Source: Desulfurella sp. (GTDB lineage Bacteria; Campylobacterota_A; Desulfurellia; Desulfurellales; Desulfurellaceae). Taken from it: 30,554 nucleotides of DNA. The notes below the pieces were generated by a model that did not search any database, had not been told where the DNA came from, and saw nothing but the letters and a program-made list of their open reading frames with translations. The position numbers were made by a program, and so were the translations under genes. Below are positions 17,184-28,372 of the stretch, one piece after another. Numbering within the stretch: the first letter of the stretch is position 1; every line of letters begins with the position of its first letter. The stretch covers positions 1-30,554 of the forward strand of contig JAVRLY010000008.1 in assembly GCA_031960885.1 (NCBI GenBank). The letters run 5' to 3'.

Positions 17184-17954
17184 ATGGATAGCATAATAAT
17201 TAAAACAGATGGATCTATTGGCGCGATAGTGCTTAACAAGCCAAAACAATTTAATGCTTTTGATGTTGATTTAGCAAAGGATTTAAATGATGCTCTAAAA
17301 GAGCTTGATAAAAATAGTTCTATTAAAGTAATTATCATACAAGGAAATAGAAAATACTTTAGTATAGGTATTTCTCTAGATGAATTTGAAAACAAAAATG
17401 CACAGCAAACAAAAGAATTCATTTATTCAATGAATGAATTTTATCATACTATACATCATTTAAGAAAGCCAACCATAGCAAGTGCTAGTGGTTATGCTGT
17501 AGCAAATGGTGCAGGTCTATTATTTGCATGTGATTTAGCTGTTTGCTCAAAATCCACCAAAATTGGTATAACCGCAATTAATGTTGGGCTTAGCGGTATT
17601 GGTGCGAGTTTGCCTTTGCGTTATTCTTTGAGCAAAAAAATCATTATGGAAATGCTTTTAACAGGAAAAATTTTAAGTTCCTACCAAGCAAAAAGGATGC
17701 TGCTTGTTAATAAAGTCGTTGATGACAAATTATTAGAAGAGGAAACCTATAAATTAGCCAAAATCATTGCGCAAAAAAATGAATCTGCAATTGAAATAAC
17801 AAAAACAGGTATTGAAAGTTTAATGGATATGCAACTTGATAAAGCAATTGATTATTCAAGCGAGTTATTTAATTACTTAGCAAACACACCACAAACAAAA
17901 AATACATTAGCCAAAAAATCAAAGAAAAAAATGGTGAAAAAAACAGATGAATAA
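17184..17954 (+). CDS. Enoyl-CoA hydratase/isomerase (crotonase) family protein
   Basis: LNKP..FNA, KPTIA..SGYAVANG and EMLLTG. Confidence 0.88.
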   Translation: MDSIIIKTDGSIGAIVLNKPKQFNAFDVDLAKDLNDALKELDKNSSIKVIIIQGNRKYFSIGISLDEFENKNAQQTKEFIYSMNEFYHTIHHLRKPTIASASGYAVANGAGLLFACDLAVCSKSTKIGITAINVGLSGIGASLPLRYSLSKKIIMEMLLTGKILSSYQAKRMLLVNKVVDDKLLEEETYKLAKIIAQKNESAIEITKTGIESLMDMQLDKAIDYSSELFNYLANTPQTKNTLAKKSKKKMVKKTDE

Positions 17955-18171
17955 AATAATAATTAAAGGTTATGTATGTTAGTTTTATTTTATAACTCAA
18001 AAGATTGCAATTATATGCTAATTTTAAAAAACTCAAATCGTAACCTTTTGATTATGCCATTCAGTTTAATTAATAATTAGAAAATGTATGCTTATTTTAC
18101 GCAATATTAATATTTGCAAAAAAAATAATTTTATGGTATTTTAGTTTAAATGTGTAAAAAGGAGGGAAAAA

Positions 18172-18642
18172 GTGGATGTCAAGACACTCAAAGATATTAT
18201 AAAAATCGTAGAAAACAGTCAATTTGTGGAATTTTCTTATAAAGATGATGAGCTTGAAATTACACTAAAAAAGAAAGAGGCTTTTCCCGAAAATATTACT
18301 TTACAAGATAATTTTAGAGTGGCAGAAACAGCTGCTAAATATCCAAGCCAAACTATAATGGCTCAAACATCACAAGTTGAGAGTACACAAGATCCTAATT
18401 TAGTTGAAATTAGATCTCCAATGGTTGCAACATTTTATAGAGCGCCAGCTCCTGATGCAAAACCATATGTAGAAGAAGGTCAAAAGGTCAAAAAAGGCGA
18501 AGTGTTGTGCATATTGGAGGCTATGAAAATTATGAACGAGCTTGAGAATGAGTTTGATTGCATAATTGAAAAAATTCTTGTCCAAAACGCTCAAAAAGTA
18601 GAATTTGATCAACCATTATTTTTGGTAAGAAAGGCAAACTAA
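18172..18642 (+). CDS. accB: Biotin carboxyl carrier protein
   Basis: SPMV.TFYRAP and EAMKIMNE. Confidence 0.96.
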   Translation: MDVKTLKDIIKIVENSQFVEFSYKDDELEITLKKKEAFPENITLQDNFRVAETAAKYPSQTIMAQTSQVESTQDPNLVEIRSPMVATFYRAPAPDAKPYVEEGQKVKKGEVLCILEAMKIMNELENEFDCIIEKILVQNAQKVEFDQPLFLVRKAN

Positions 18643-18647
18643 TAGAT

Positions 18648-19997
18648 ATGTTTAAAAAAATATTTATTGCAAATAGGGGAGAAATTGCCCTGAGAATAAT
18701 TAGAGCGTGCAAAGAATTAGGTATAAAGACTTGCATTGGTTACTCAGTTGAAGATAAGGACTCAATACCTGTAATGTTAGCAGATGAATCTATTTGCATA
18801 GGCCCAGCTCAATCTATGCACAGTTATCTTAACTTGTTTTCTTTGGCTCAAGCTATACATAATTCTGGCGCTGACGCAGTGCATCCTGGTTATGGTTTTT
18901 TAAGTGAAAATCCAACATTTGTTAAAATATGTAACGATTTGGATGTTGTTTTTATTGGCCCAGATGAGCAAACAATTGCTCGTTTAGCAGATAAATCAAA
19001 AGTTAAACAAATATTAAAAAATAATAATATACCAACAATTCCCGGTAGCGATGGCGCTGTAAAAAATATAGATGAGTTAAAATCTGTTGCCAAATCAATA
19101 GGCTACCCTATATTACTCAAGGCTTCATGGGGGGGCGGTGGCAGAGGCATGAGAGTTGTGCGCAATGAAAATGAGCTCATAAATGAGTTTAATGCTGCAC
19201 AAAGTGAAGCAAAAAGTTCATTTGGTAGAGAAGATATCTATGTAGAAAAATTCATAGAACACCCAAGACACATAGAAGCGCAAGTCATTGGTGACAAATT
19301 TGGAAATATCGTGCACGTTGGCGAAAGAGACTGTACGCTTCAAAGAAGGCATCAAAAGGTGCTTGAAGAATCACCAAGCCCTTATTTAGATGATATAAAA
19401 CGCGCAGAATTTTTGGAAACAGCTGTTAAAGCAGCTTCAATCTTACAATATTGGAACGCTGGCACATTAGAGTTTTTGTTTGATGAAGATAAAAATTTCT
19501 ACTTTATTGAAATCAACACGCGCATACAGGTAGAGCACCCAGTTAGCGAAATGGTGTATGACGTAGATTTAATAAAAGAACAAATAATGGTATCTTGCGG
19601 CTATGAATTGTCTTTTAAGCAAGAAGAACTAAAACCTAAATGTTGCGCAATTGAGTGCAGGATAAATGCTGAAGACTCAGAAAGATTCATACCATCTCCC
19701 GGCAAAATTAATTTTTTGTTTATGCCATCTAGCTCACATACGCGCATAGATTCTCACATTTACTGTGGCTACAATGTTAGTCAATACTATGATTCTATGG
19801 TAGCAAAACTGATTGTCAAAGGCAAAACACGTGAAGAAGCACGTATAAGAATGCTTAATAATTTAAGTGAATTTAAGATAGAAGGTATAAAAACAAATAT
19901 ACCTTTCTTTCAGAAAATCCTAAATTCAAAAGAATTTATAAACAACACCTATGACACAAACTTTATAGATAGAGTTTTCTTAAATCACCCCAAATAA
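18648..19997 (+). CDS. accC: Biotin carboxylase
   Basis: IANRGEIA, HPGYGFLSEN, GGGGRGMR and RIQVEHP. Confidence 0.97.
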   Translation: MFKKIFIANRGEIALRIIRACKELGIKTCIGYSVEDKDSIPVMLADESICIGPAQSMHSYLNLFSLAQAIHNSGADAVHPGYGFLSENPTFVKICNDLDVVFIGPDEQTIARLADKSKVKQILKNNNIPTIPGSDGAVKNIDELKSVAKSIGYPILLKASWGGGGRGMRVVRNENELINEFNAAQSEAKSSFGREDIYVEKFIEHPRHIEAQVIGDKFGNIVHVGERDCTLQRRHQKVLEESPSPYLDDIKRAEFLETAVKAASILQYWNAGTLEFLFDEDKNFYFIEINTRIQVEHPVSEMVYDVDLIKEQIMVSCGYELSFKQEELKPKCCAIECRINAEDSERFIPSPGKINFLFMPSSSHTRIDSHIYCGYNVSQYYDSMVAKLIVKGKTREEARIRMLNNLSEFKIEGIKTNIPFFQKILNSKEFINNTYDTNFIDRVFLNHPK

Positions 19998-20980
19998 TTG
20001 TTAAAAATCGCCTCTTTAGCAATTTGAAGTGTTTCTTTTGCTGCAAGAGAAGCTATTTTGCTTGACTCTTTAATATTTTCAATAATCGTATTTTTTTCAT
20101 TTTCTAATAAATGCTTTCTTTTTTCTCTAATATGTTTTAGACTGTTGTTAAGATTTTTTATTAGTATTTTCTTGCAATCTACACAACCAATAGAAGCATT
20201 TGCACATGAAGCCTCTATATCAGAACAAACCCCACTATCTGTAAATATTTTGTGAAGCATAAAAACACCACATTCTTTCGCCATACCTGGGTCAGTTTTC
20301 CTTTTTCTGCGTGGGTCTGTAAACATTGTCTTTATTTTTTGAGCTGTTTCTTCTTCGCTGTCTGCTAAATAAATTGCATTACCATACGATTTGCTCATCT
20401 TTCTGCCATCTGTGCCCAAAATTTTTGGAAATTCACTTAAAAGCGGGCCTGGCTCAATAAATACTTCTTTTTGTACTATATTGTTAAAACTCCTAACAAT
20501 CTCTCTTGTAAACTCCAAATGCGCGACTTGATCGAGACCAACAGGCACATAGTTTGCTTTGTAAATAATTATATCTGCACTCATCAACACAGGATAGCCC
20601 AAAAAGCCGTAATTTGACGTTTTATTTTCACCAAGCTGAGCAATTTGGTCTTTATACGATGGTATGCGTTCTAATTTGCCAACAGGCGTTATCATGGACA
20701 GTAACAAAAACAGCTCTGCATGTTCTTTTACAAGTGATTGCACAAACAATACAACCTTTTGCGGGTCAAGTCCAAACGCAAGCCAATCTATAATCATATC
20801 AATCGTGTTATCATATATTTGTCTTGACTCATCAAAACCTGTAGTAAGCGCATGCCAATCTGCCACAAAGTAATAGCATTTATATTTATCTTGTAAATCT
20901 ATCCAATTTTGTAAAGCTCCATACAAGTTTCCCAAATGCAATTTGCCAGTAGGCCTCATACCACTCAAAACTATCTCCAT
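19985..20980 (-). CDS. trpS: Tryptophan--tRNA ligase
   Basis: SGMRPTGKLHLGN, VPVG.DQ and KMSKS. Confidence 0.97.
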   Translation of the reverse strand: MEIVLSGMRPTGKLHLGNLYGALQNWIDLQDKYKCYYFVADWHALTTGFDESRQIYDNTIDMIIDWLAFGLDPQKVVLFVQSLVKEHAELFLLLSMITPVGKLERIPSYKDQIAQLGENKTSNYGFLGYPVLMSADIIIYKANYVPVGLDQVAHLEFTREIVRSFNNIVQKEVFIEPGPLLSEFPKILGTDGRKMSKSYGNAIYLADSEEETAQKIKTMFTDPRRKRKTDPGMAKECGVFMLHKIFTDSGVCSDIEASCANASIGCVDCKKILIKNLNNSLKHIREKRKHLLENEKNTIIENIKESSKIASLAAKETLQIAKEAIFNNYLG

Positions 20981-21619
20981 TTAGCCTCCTAATAAAAAGT
21001 GTACAATGGGATTTGATAAAGATATTATAAAATTTAAGACACCAAGAAAAAGAAGAAGTATAACAATGTACATACCATACGGCTCAAGCCTTGAATATTT
21101 ATATGCAAGCCTAATTGGTAATAAACCAGCAAGCACCCTTCCGCCATCTAATGGCAAAATGGGAATCAAATTGAACAAAGCAAAGATTATGTTAATCTGA
21201 ACGCCATAAAGACACATAATGCGAACATCTTCTAAAAAAATAGATTGATTAAATGGCGCTATATAAAAAATTAACCAAGATACCAGTGTAAAAAAAATAG
21301 CCATTAAAACATTCGATGCAGGACCTGCAATTGCAACATAAATAGAGTCTCTTTTAGGGTTTTTTAATGCGTAAAAATTTACAGGCACTGGTTTTGCCCA
21401 ACCAAATAAAATAGGCGAATTCACAAAAATTAATAGAGCTGGCAAAAGCACGGTTCCAAATAGATCAATATGCGCAATGGGGTTTAATGTCAACCGACCT
21501 GCTCTTTTAGCTGTAGAATCACCTAACAGATAAGCCACATAACCATGAGAAACTTCGTGTATGACTATCGCCAATAACAAAACTGGCAAACCTAAAATAA
21601 TACTTGCGCTCAATTGCAT
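20981..21619 (-). CDS. Site-2 protease (peptidase M50) family protein
   Basis: HEVSH, AGP..N and FNLIPILPLDG. Start is ATG 21619 or TTG 21613. Confidence 0.93.
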   Translation of the reverse strand: MQLSASIILGLPVLLLAIVIHEVSHGYVAYLLGDSTAKRAGRLTLNPIAHIDLFGTVLLPALLIFVNSPILFGWAKPVPVNFYALKNPKRDSIYVAIAGPASNVLMAIFFTLVSWLIFYIAPFNQSIFLEDVRIMCLYGVQINIIFALFNLIPILPLDGGRVLAGLLPIRLAYKYSRLEPYGMYIVILLLFLGVLNFIISLSNPIVHFLLGG

Positions 21620-21719
21620 TCTCCTAAAACCTACCAATAATGCAACAAATTTTTGCAAAAGTCAACTATTTGACCTTATGCAGTTGACAAGATTATTTTG
21701 TTCATATATAAACAATACT

Positions 21720-21944
21720 ATGAGACTCATAGATTGTGAAGTATCTCAAGAAGTAAGGGTAGTAGGTTTTGATTCAGGATGTAGGGCAAAAGAAAGACTA
21801 TTGCAACTTGGGATTGTGCCGGGTACCATTATAAAAATAAAGCGTCTTGCACCATTTTCTGGACCTTTAATTGTGTCAATTGAAGGCAGTGACGTTGCGT
21901 TAGGTCGCGGCATAGCCAAAAAAATTTTAGTTGAAAAAATATGA
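21720..21944 (+). CDS. feoA: Ferrous iron transport protein A
   Basis: RLLQLGIVPG, AP..GP and ALGRGIA. Immediately upstream of feoB. Confidence 0.93.
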   Translation: MRLIDCEVSQEVRVVGFDSGCRAKERLLQLGIVPGTIIKIKRLAPFSGPLIVSIEGSDVALGRGIAKKILVEKI

Positions 21945-23833
21945 GAATTGCATTAATCGGTCAACCAAATTGCGGAAAAAGCACAATCTTTAATCAGCTT
22001 GCGGGATACAAAAGTATAAGCGCAAATTTTCCTGGAGCGACAGTTTCATATACAATTGGTAAATTTTACTTTCAAAACCAACCTATTGAACTTGTAGATT
22101 TACCCGGCACATACTCTTTAAGTTGGTATGATGATGCAGAAAAAGAAAGTGTAAAAGCCTTATCAAGCATGAATTTTGATTGCATAATAAATGTTTTAGA
22201 TGCATCAACTATTACAAGAGGTCTAGAATTAACGCTTGAGCTTATTTCATTAAATAAACCTATGGTTGTAGCATTAAATATGATGGATGAAGCCAAAAAG
22301 AAGGGTATTGAAATAAATATTGATAAACTGGAAGAATCAATAGGCATTAAGGTAATACCCGTTATAGCAAAACAGGCAAAAGGCATTAAGGATTTGATTA
22401 GTGCTACATTGAATGCACAACTACCACGCAAAAGATGTATATACTCTAAAAAAATTGAAAGTTTAATTGAAAGCCTGGAACAGTGTTTGGAAGCTCAAGC
22501 AAGTGCACTTATTTTGCCACCAAAGTTAATAGCAATAAAAGCTATAGAAGGCTTTTCTGCTTGCGAAGATATTGTCAGCTGGTACCCAAAGTGCCAAAAT
22601 ATACTAGAAACAGCACGTGTTTTGTTAAACAACGGCGCTGATATAACCAAAGAAAGACATGCCTTATGCCTTGATATATTTGAATATAGTGCTAGGGTAA
22701 AAGATTCAAACGGTTTACAAATAAGCGAAAGAATCGATGAAATACTTTTGCATCCAATTTGGGGTTATGTAAGCTTATTTATAATATTTATAGCTATATT
22801 TTTCATCGTTTTTGAAGGAGGTTCTCCTTTTGAAAGCTTAATTGACAAATTTTTTTCCTTTACAGATAATTATCTATCAAGCAATATACACAATGCTTTT
22901 TTACTTTCTATTGCAAAAGGCGCGCTTGATGGCATAGGCGCTGCTTTAGGGATCGCTTTGCCTTATTTAGTGCCTTTTTTTGTTATATTAAGCGTTTTAG
23001 AAGATAGTGGATATTTATCACGCATAGCCTTTTTAATGGATTCTTTAATGCACAAAATTGGCGTTCACGGCACAAGCGTAATACCTTTTATTATGGGTTA
23101 TGGTTGCAGTGTGCCAGCTGTTATGGCAACAAGAATTATAAAAAACAAAAGAGAAAAATTCATTAGCGCTTTTCTGGCAACACTTGTTCCTTGCGCTGCA
23201 AGAACCACAGTTATTATGGGTCTTGTAGCTTTTTTTGTTGGTCCAATATATGCTATATTGCTTTACTTATTCAATTTAATAGTGATAGGTCTTGCTGGAA
23301 GTATTCTCAAAAAAATATTACCTGGCATAAACCCTGAAATATTGTTTGATATACCGCCATATAGAACACCAACAATCAAAACTACCATTGTTAAAACATG
23401 GTATAGAATAAAGGATTTTGTTTATGTAGCAATACCACTTTTAGTTGGTGGCAGTGTTGTGCTTGCTCTAATTGATTATTTTAGCTTTGCACAATATATA
23501 AATTATGCTTTTGAACCATTTATGAAACTTTTGGGTCTGCCTATAGCAGTAGGTATAGTACTCATCTTTGGAATTTTCAAAAAAGAATTAACACTTCTTA
23601 TGCTTGCTCAAAGTTTAGGTTTAAGCTCAATTGCACTTGTGCCAAAAGTTTTATCCGTTGAGCAGATTTTTGTTTTTACTATTTTTGTGATGTTTTATAT
23701 ACCGTGTTTGGCTACAATTTCAACACTATATAGGGAAATAAAATTAAAAGGCACAATCGTCATAACTATCTCTAGCATACTTATTGCAACAATACTGGCT
23801 ATAATTGCACGTATACTATTCTTAGTTTTTTAG
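21941..23833 (+). CDS. feoB: Ferrous iron transport protein B
   Basis: GQPNCGKS, DLPGTYSL, NMMD, LEDSGY and GCSVPA. Confidence 0.96.
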   Translation: MRIALIGQPNCGKSTIFNQLAGYKSISANFPGATVSYTIGKFYFQNQPIELVDLPGTYSLSWYDDAEKESVKALSSMNFDCIINVLDASTITRGLELTLELISLNKPMVVALNMMDEAKKKGIEINIDKLEESIGIKVIPVIAKQAKGIKDLISATLNAQLPRKRCIYSKKIESLIESLEQCLEAQASALILPPKLIAIKAIEGFSACEDIVSWYPKCQNILETARVLLNNGADITKERHALCLDIFEYSARVKDSNGLQISERIDEILLHPIWGYVSLFIIFIAIFFIVFEGGSPFESLIDKFFSFTDNYLSSNIHNAFLLSIAKGALDGIGAALGIALPYLVPFFVILSVLEDSGYLSRIAFLMDSLMHKIGVHGTSVIPFIMGYGCSVPAVMATRIIKNKREKFISAFLATLVPCAARTTVIMGLVAFFVGPIYAILLYLFNLIVIGLAGSILKKILPGINPEILFDIPPYRTPTIKTTIVKTWYRIKDFVYVAIPLLVGGSVVLALIDYFSFAQYINYAFEPFMKLLGLPIAVGIVLIFGIFKKELTLLMLAQSLGLSSIALVPKVLSVEQIFVFTIFVMFYIPCLATISTLYREIKLKGTIVITISSILIATILAIIARILFLVF

Positions 23834-25026
23834 TTACTCAATTGATAGGCTAACTCAAGAGCCTCTTTGTTAGGTGCAACATCATGAACCCTAAAAATGC
23901 GAGCGCCATTAAAGTAGCTTGCAACATTAGCGCCAATTGTGCCAAACAATCTTTCATTTACGTCTTTATTTAGTATTTGACCAATAAAGCTTTTTCGCGA
24001 TAAACCCACTAAAATAGGCCTACCAAATATTTTAAAGCTTTCAAGATTTTTTATAATTTCTATATTATGTGTCAATGTTTTTCCAAAACCAATACCTGGG
24101 TCTAATACAACCTTTTTTAGATTAAACCTTTTTGAAGACAATTTATCAATTGAATTACTAAAAAAATCATTGATCTCTGTAATCAAATGAGAATAAGAAG
24201 GTTTTTCTTGCATGTTTTTTGGCTTACCCTTAGTATGCATTATTACAACACTAAAATTACATTCTACAATACAATCACTCATTTTTTCGTCAAACGTAAA
24301 TCCACTGATATCATTTATTATAGATACGCCAAAATTGTGCGCTCCTTTAGCAATATTAGCATTGAATGTATCGACTGATATAGTAATACTAGAAAATCGT
24401 TTTACAATGGCTTCTAAAACTGGGAATAAACGCCTTTTTTCTTCGTCCTCTGATATAGTTTCGCTATAAGGCCTTGTAGAAACGGCACCAATATCTATAA
24501 TATCTGCCTTTTCGTTTAATATTTGTTCACATCTAAACAGTGCTTTGCTTGTTGTATCGTATTTTCCGCCATCGTAAAATGAATCAGGCGTAACATTTAA
24601 AATACCCATTATCAAGTATTTTTTCTTCAAATCGTACACGCTATTACCTGCTTCCCACAAAAAATCGCTTAAATATAAGTCAAGTTGTTGTTTGAGTTGT
24701 TCTCCTAATTCTCTTAGAACTTTAAAATTCTGGTAAGCTAGTTTGCTAGATAAAGCATAAAGTTTTTTTACATCACCAAAAATTAAACAATCTGTTTTTA
24801 ATGATTTTGCAGTTATTGTATCTTTCGACACACAAGCATCAATGCCACACGATAAAGCTTCTTGTTTTAAAATATTTGCTATATAAAAATCGCACTCATA
24901 CACAAGAAAAGAAAGGTTAAGCGTTTTATTAACCATTAATTTTATTCCCATATCATCAGCTTGTATATTATTCATTAGCTCTTTTGCTTGATCAATCGAA
25001 TCGATTTTAATTAAGTCAAACTTCAT
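23830..25026 (-). CDS. folP: Dihydropteroate synthase with ~130-aa N-terminal extension
   Basis: MGILNVTPDSF, DPGIGFGK, SRKSF and RVHDV. Follows ftsH. Confidence 0.96.
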   Translation of the reverse strand: MKFDLIKIDSIDQAKELMNNIQADDMGIKLMVNKTLNLSFLVYECDFYIANILKQEALSCGIDACVSKDTITAKSLKTDCLIFGDVKKLYALSSKLAYQNFKVLRELGEQLKQQLDLYLSDFLWEAGNSVYDLKKKYLIMGILNVTPDSFYDGGKYDTTSKALFRCEQILNEKADIIDIGAVSTRPYSETISEDEEKRRLFPVLEAIVKRFSSITISVDTFNANIAKGAHNFGVSIINDISGFTFDEKMSDCIVECNFSVVIMHTKGKPKNMQEKPSYSHLITEINDFFSNSIDKLSSKRFNLKKVVLDPGIGFGKTLTHNIEIIKNLESFKIFGRPILVGLSRKSFIGQILNKDVNERLFGTIGANVASYFNGARIFRVHDVAPNKEALELAYQLSN

Positions 25027-26812
25027 CGTGACCTTCGTTTAGTATTTCATCAATATCTGCTGATGTAATGACCTCTTTTTCAAGTAATGCTTGGGCCATT
25101 TTAGTAATATGTTCTTTGTGTTGCATTATAATGTTTTTTGTTGTCTGGTAAGCTTCATCTATGATTCTTTTTATCTCACTGTCAATTAGCCTTGCTGTAT
25201 CTTCGCTGAAATTTTTGTGCGTAGCAATTTCTCTCCCCAAAAATACTTCATCTTTGCTTGTAGCATAATTTAATACACCAAGATTGCTCATACCCCACTC
25301 ACAAACCATTTTCCTAGCAATTTCTGTTGCTCGCTCGATATCATTACCAGCTCCTGTTGTAATAGTATTCAACATAGTTTCTTCTGAAGCCCTGCCACCT
25401 AAAAGAACACAAATTCTATTAATTAGATATTCTCTGTCATAAGTATATTTATCGCCTTCTGGCAATTGCTGGGTTAAACCAAGTGCCATACCGCGTGGTA
25501 TAATTGTTACTTTGTGTATAGGGTCAGTTTTCGGCAAAAGCTTTGCAACTAAAGCGTGACCTGACTCATGATATGCTGTAATTTCTTTTTCCTCATCACT
25601 AATAATTATACTCCTTCTTTCTGGACCCATTAGTACTTTATCTTTTGCTAGTTCAAAATCCTCCATTTCAACTTCTTGTTTGTTTTTTTTAGCTGCAAAA
25701 AGCACTGCTTCGTTTACCAAATTAGATAAATCTGCACCAGAAAAACCAGGCGTAGATTTAGCAATAATTTCTAAATCCACATTTTTGGCCAAAGGTATAT
25801 TTTTTGTATGAACTTTTAATATCTCTAATCGCCCTCTTACATCTGACTTTGACACAATAACCCTTCTATCAAACCTACCTGGCCTTAAAAGTGCTGGATC
25901 TAAAACATCTGGCCTATTCGTTGCAGCCATTATAATTACGCTTTCATGCGTCTGAAAACCGTCCATTTCAACAAGCAACTGGTTGAGTGTTTGTTCCCTT
26001 TCATCATGCCCGCCACCAATGCCAGCACCGCGTTGTCTGCCAACAGCGTCTATCTCATCTATAAATACAATGCAGGGAGCTGAGCGTTTTGCTTGAGCAA
26101 ACAAATCTCTTACTCTGCTTGCACCTACACCTACAAACATTTCCACAAAATCAGATCCGCTTATACTGTAAAACGGCACTCGAGCTTCTCCAGCAACTGC
26201 TTTTGCAAGCAATGTTTTGCCAGTTCCAGGCGAACCAACAAGCAAAACACCTTTTGGTATCCTTGCGCCAAGCTGTATAAATTTTTTAGGGTATTTTAAA
26301 AATTCTATTATTTCCTGAAGTTCTTCTTTGGCTTCTTCTACGCCCGCCACGTCTTTAAATGTTATAGGATTTTTGTCGGAAGTGATCAGCTGGGCATTAC
26401 TTTTATTAAATGATAAAACTTTTCCACCTTTTTGCATTTGGTTGGAAAAATAAAAAAATAAAAATAAGAAAACAATCATTGGCGCCCAATACATCAAAAA
26501 AATATCCAACATGGTATTTTTTTCTTTTGGTACTATATTGATTTTTACATTATGTTTGGTTAATAAATCTATAATATTTTGGCCATTTGCTGGCAAAATG
26601 TAGGTTTTGTAATTTTCATTGTTGACAGAAAAGTAAATCTCATTATCATCTTTTATTGTAACTTTCTTAATTGTATTTGAGTTAACTGCGCTAACAAACT
26701 CGCTGTAACTCATTTGATTTTGACCATATTTAGATTGGTTGAATATATTAAATAATATAATAGTAGCTACAATGATAGCAAGCCACAGCACAATATTTTT
26801 GTAATTAATCAT
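25016..26812 (-). CDS. ftsH: ATP-dependent zinc metalloprotease FtsH
   Basis: Two TM segments, [15 protein letters not shown] and HESGH. Start set at 26812 behind GGAGG. Confidence 0.97.
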   Translation of the reverse strand: MINYKNIVLWLAIIVATIILFNIFNQSKYGQNQMSYSEFVSAVNSNTIKKVTIKDDNEIYFSVNNENYKTYILPANGQNIIDLLTKHNVKINIVPKEKNTMLDIFLMYWAPMIVFLFLFFYFSNQMQKGGKVLSFNKSNAQLITSDKNPITFKDVAGVEEAKEELQEIIEFLKYPKKFIQLGARIPKGVLLVGSPGTGKTLLAKAVAGEARVPFYSISGSDFVEMFVGVGASRVRDLFAQAKRSAPCIVFIDEIDAVGRQRGAGIGGGHDEREQTLNQLLVEMDGFQTHESVIIMAATNRPDVLDPALLRPGRFDRRVIVSKSDVRGRLEILKVHTKNIPLAKNVDLEIIAKSTPGFSGADLSNLVNEAVLFAAKKNKQEVEMEDFELAKDKVLMGPERRSIIISDEEKEITAYHESGHALVAKLLPKTDPIHKVTIIPRGMALGLTQQLPEGDKYTYDREYLINRICVLLGGRASEETMLNTITTGAGNDIERATEIARKMVCEWGMSNLGVLNYATSKDEVFLGREIATHKNFSEDTARLIDSEIKRIIDEAYQTTKNIIMQHKEHITKMAQALLEKEVITSADIDEILNEGHDEV

Positions 26813-26897
26813 TAATCGAACCTCCCACCAAAATCTTATACCAAAAATTATTGCATTCTTCAAGACAATATGATATTGTTTTTTTGTGTTAATAAAA

Positions 26898-27356
26898 ATG
26901 AAATGGATTCCCTTTTTTATTGTTATCTTTTTTATATCTTCTTGCAATCCCAACAAAAATAATTTAGATATACACTTGAGCGGCGTAAACACGCAAAGCA
27001 CAACGCTTCAATCATTTAAAGGAAAAGTTATTTTAATAAATGTTTTCCAAACGGATTGCCCAGCTTGTCAAGAAGAAATTCCTTCCATAAATAAGCTTTA
27101 TAATGATTACAAAAACAACCATAATGTAAAAATTATAGGTATTAGTCTCAATTCAAACGGCCTTAATGCGTTTATCAACTATTTTAATATACAATATTCC
27201 ATATATACAATAAATCCATCTGATTTGTCAAAATTGGGTGGCATAGCCTATACACCTACTACCATATTGATAGATAAAAACGGCAATATCATAGAAAGAT
27301 TTGTTGGCGTAAGAGACTTTTACTTCTTAAGTACAAATATCAATCTTTTGCTTTAA
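26898..27356 (+). CDS. TlpA/ResA-like thioredoxin-fold lipoprotein
   Basis: Lipobox-like ISSC, CPAC..EIP and PTT.LIDKNG. Confidence 0.85.
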   Translation: MKWIPFFIVIFFISSCNPNKNNLDIHLSGVNTQSTTLQSFKGKVILINVFQTDCPACQEEIPSINKLYNDYKNNHNVKIIGISLNSNGLNAFINYFNIQYSIYTINPSDLSKLGGIAYTPTTILIDKNGNIIERFVGVRDFYFLSTNINLLL

Positions 27357-28237
27357 ACTAATTTGGTGTAAAGACCTGTCCTTTCTAAAATCTTAACAAG
27401 TCTATATAAGCTTTCATTATAGGGTGCTTTTATGCCTTTTTGATTAGCTATTTTGACGACATATCCATTTAGATACTCAACCTCAGTCTTTTTGCCTTTT
27501 CTTAAATCTTCTCCAATACTTGCTTTCCATTGTGTTGGTTTAAAATTTCTCGCAAAATTAATTACATCATTTTTGATTGCTTCTAAATCGATATTGTACG
27601 GTTTGCCAAAAACATCAACTATTTCTTTGGCTAAATTGTGTGAAAGCTCTAAATCGTTTTCATCAAAATCTTTTATACCACTTAAAGCATTTATTGTCGC
27701 ACAACTGCAATAAAAAATAAACTTCCACCATTTTTCTTTCATAATATCATCGACTACGATAGTATTCAAGCCACAGCTATTAAAGTTTTGGGCAAGCTCT
27801 AAAGCGAATTCTTTATCTGTAAAATAGCCTAGCTTTTGGCCATTGTCTAAGAAATGTTCAATTGTGCTATCATATTTTGCTGCGCCAATTAAACTAGAAA
27901 TGGGAAATATTAAACTTCTATCTAATTTTTTTAACAATAATTCTTCTGTGTAGACGCCATTTTGCACAGTAAGTATTGGTGTTGTGCGTGTAGATTTTAA
28001 AATATTATTAACAGCTAAATCTACATCAAAAGACTTTGTCGCAAGTATAATAAAATCATATTTGCCGTCTATATTATCTTTGATTACAAATGTATGAGGC
28101 GTGGTGATATTTTTGGTTATAATATTATAAGTAATCTCACCAGAACTTTTGCCTACATAATCAACACTATTTTCTTTTTCTAGAAAATAACCCATTAACA
28201 AGCCTAAAGCGCCGCTACCGTAAATTAAGACTTTCAT
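27353..28237 (-). CDS. panE: 2-dehydropantoate 2-reductase family protein
   Basis: GSGALG, TKS, QNG, W.K and KTEVEYLNG. Confidence 0.88.
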   Translation of the reverse strand: MKVLIYGSGALGLLMGYFLEKENSVDYVGKSSGEITYNIITKNITTPHTFVIKDNIDGKYDFIILATKSFDVDLAVNNILKSTRTTPILTVQNGVYTEELLLKKLDRSLIFPISSLIGAAKYDSTIEHFLDNGQKLGYFTDKEFALELAQNFNSCGLNTIVVDDIMKEKWWKFIFYCSCATINALSGIKDFDENDLELSHNLAKEIVDVFGKPYNIDLEAIKNDVINFARNFKPTQWKASIGEDLRKGKKTEVEYLNGYVVKIANQKGIKAPYNESLYRLVKILERTGLYTKLV

Positions 28238-28372
28238 AATAACCCTCAAATGATTAATACATGATAACCAAAATTTTGTCAAACGACTATTAAAAGAATA
28301 AATTCACTTATATACTTGACAAATATAATAATTAAGTTATTATATAAATAGCTTATTATTTAGGAGGTGTTT

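Noticed and set aside
19985..27356. Overlapping convergent gene ends (accC/trpS, feoB/folP, tlpA/panE)
   Set aside because: Short 4-13 nt overlaps are ordinary in compact genomes.
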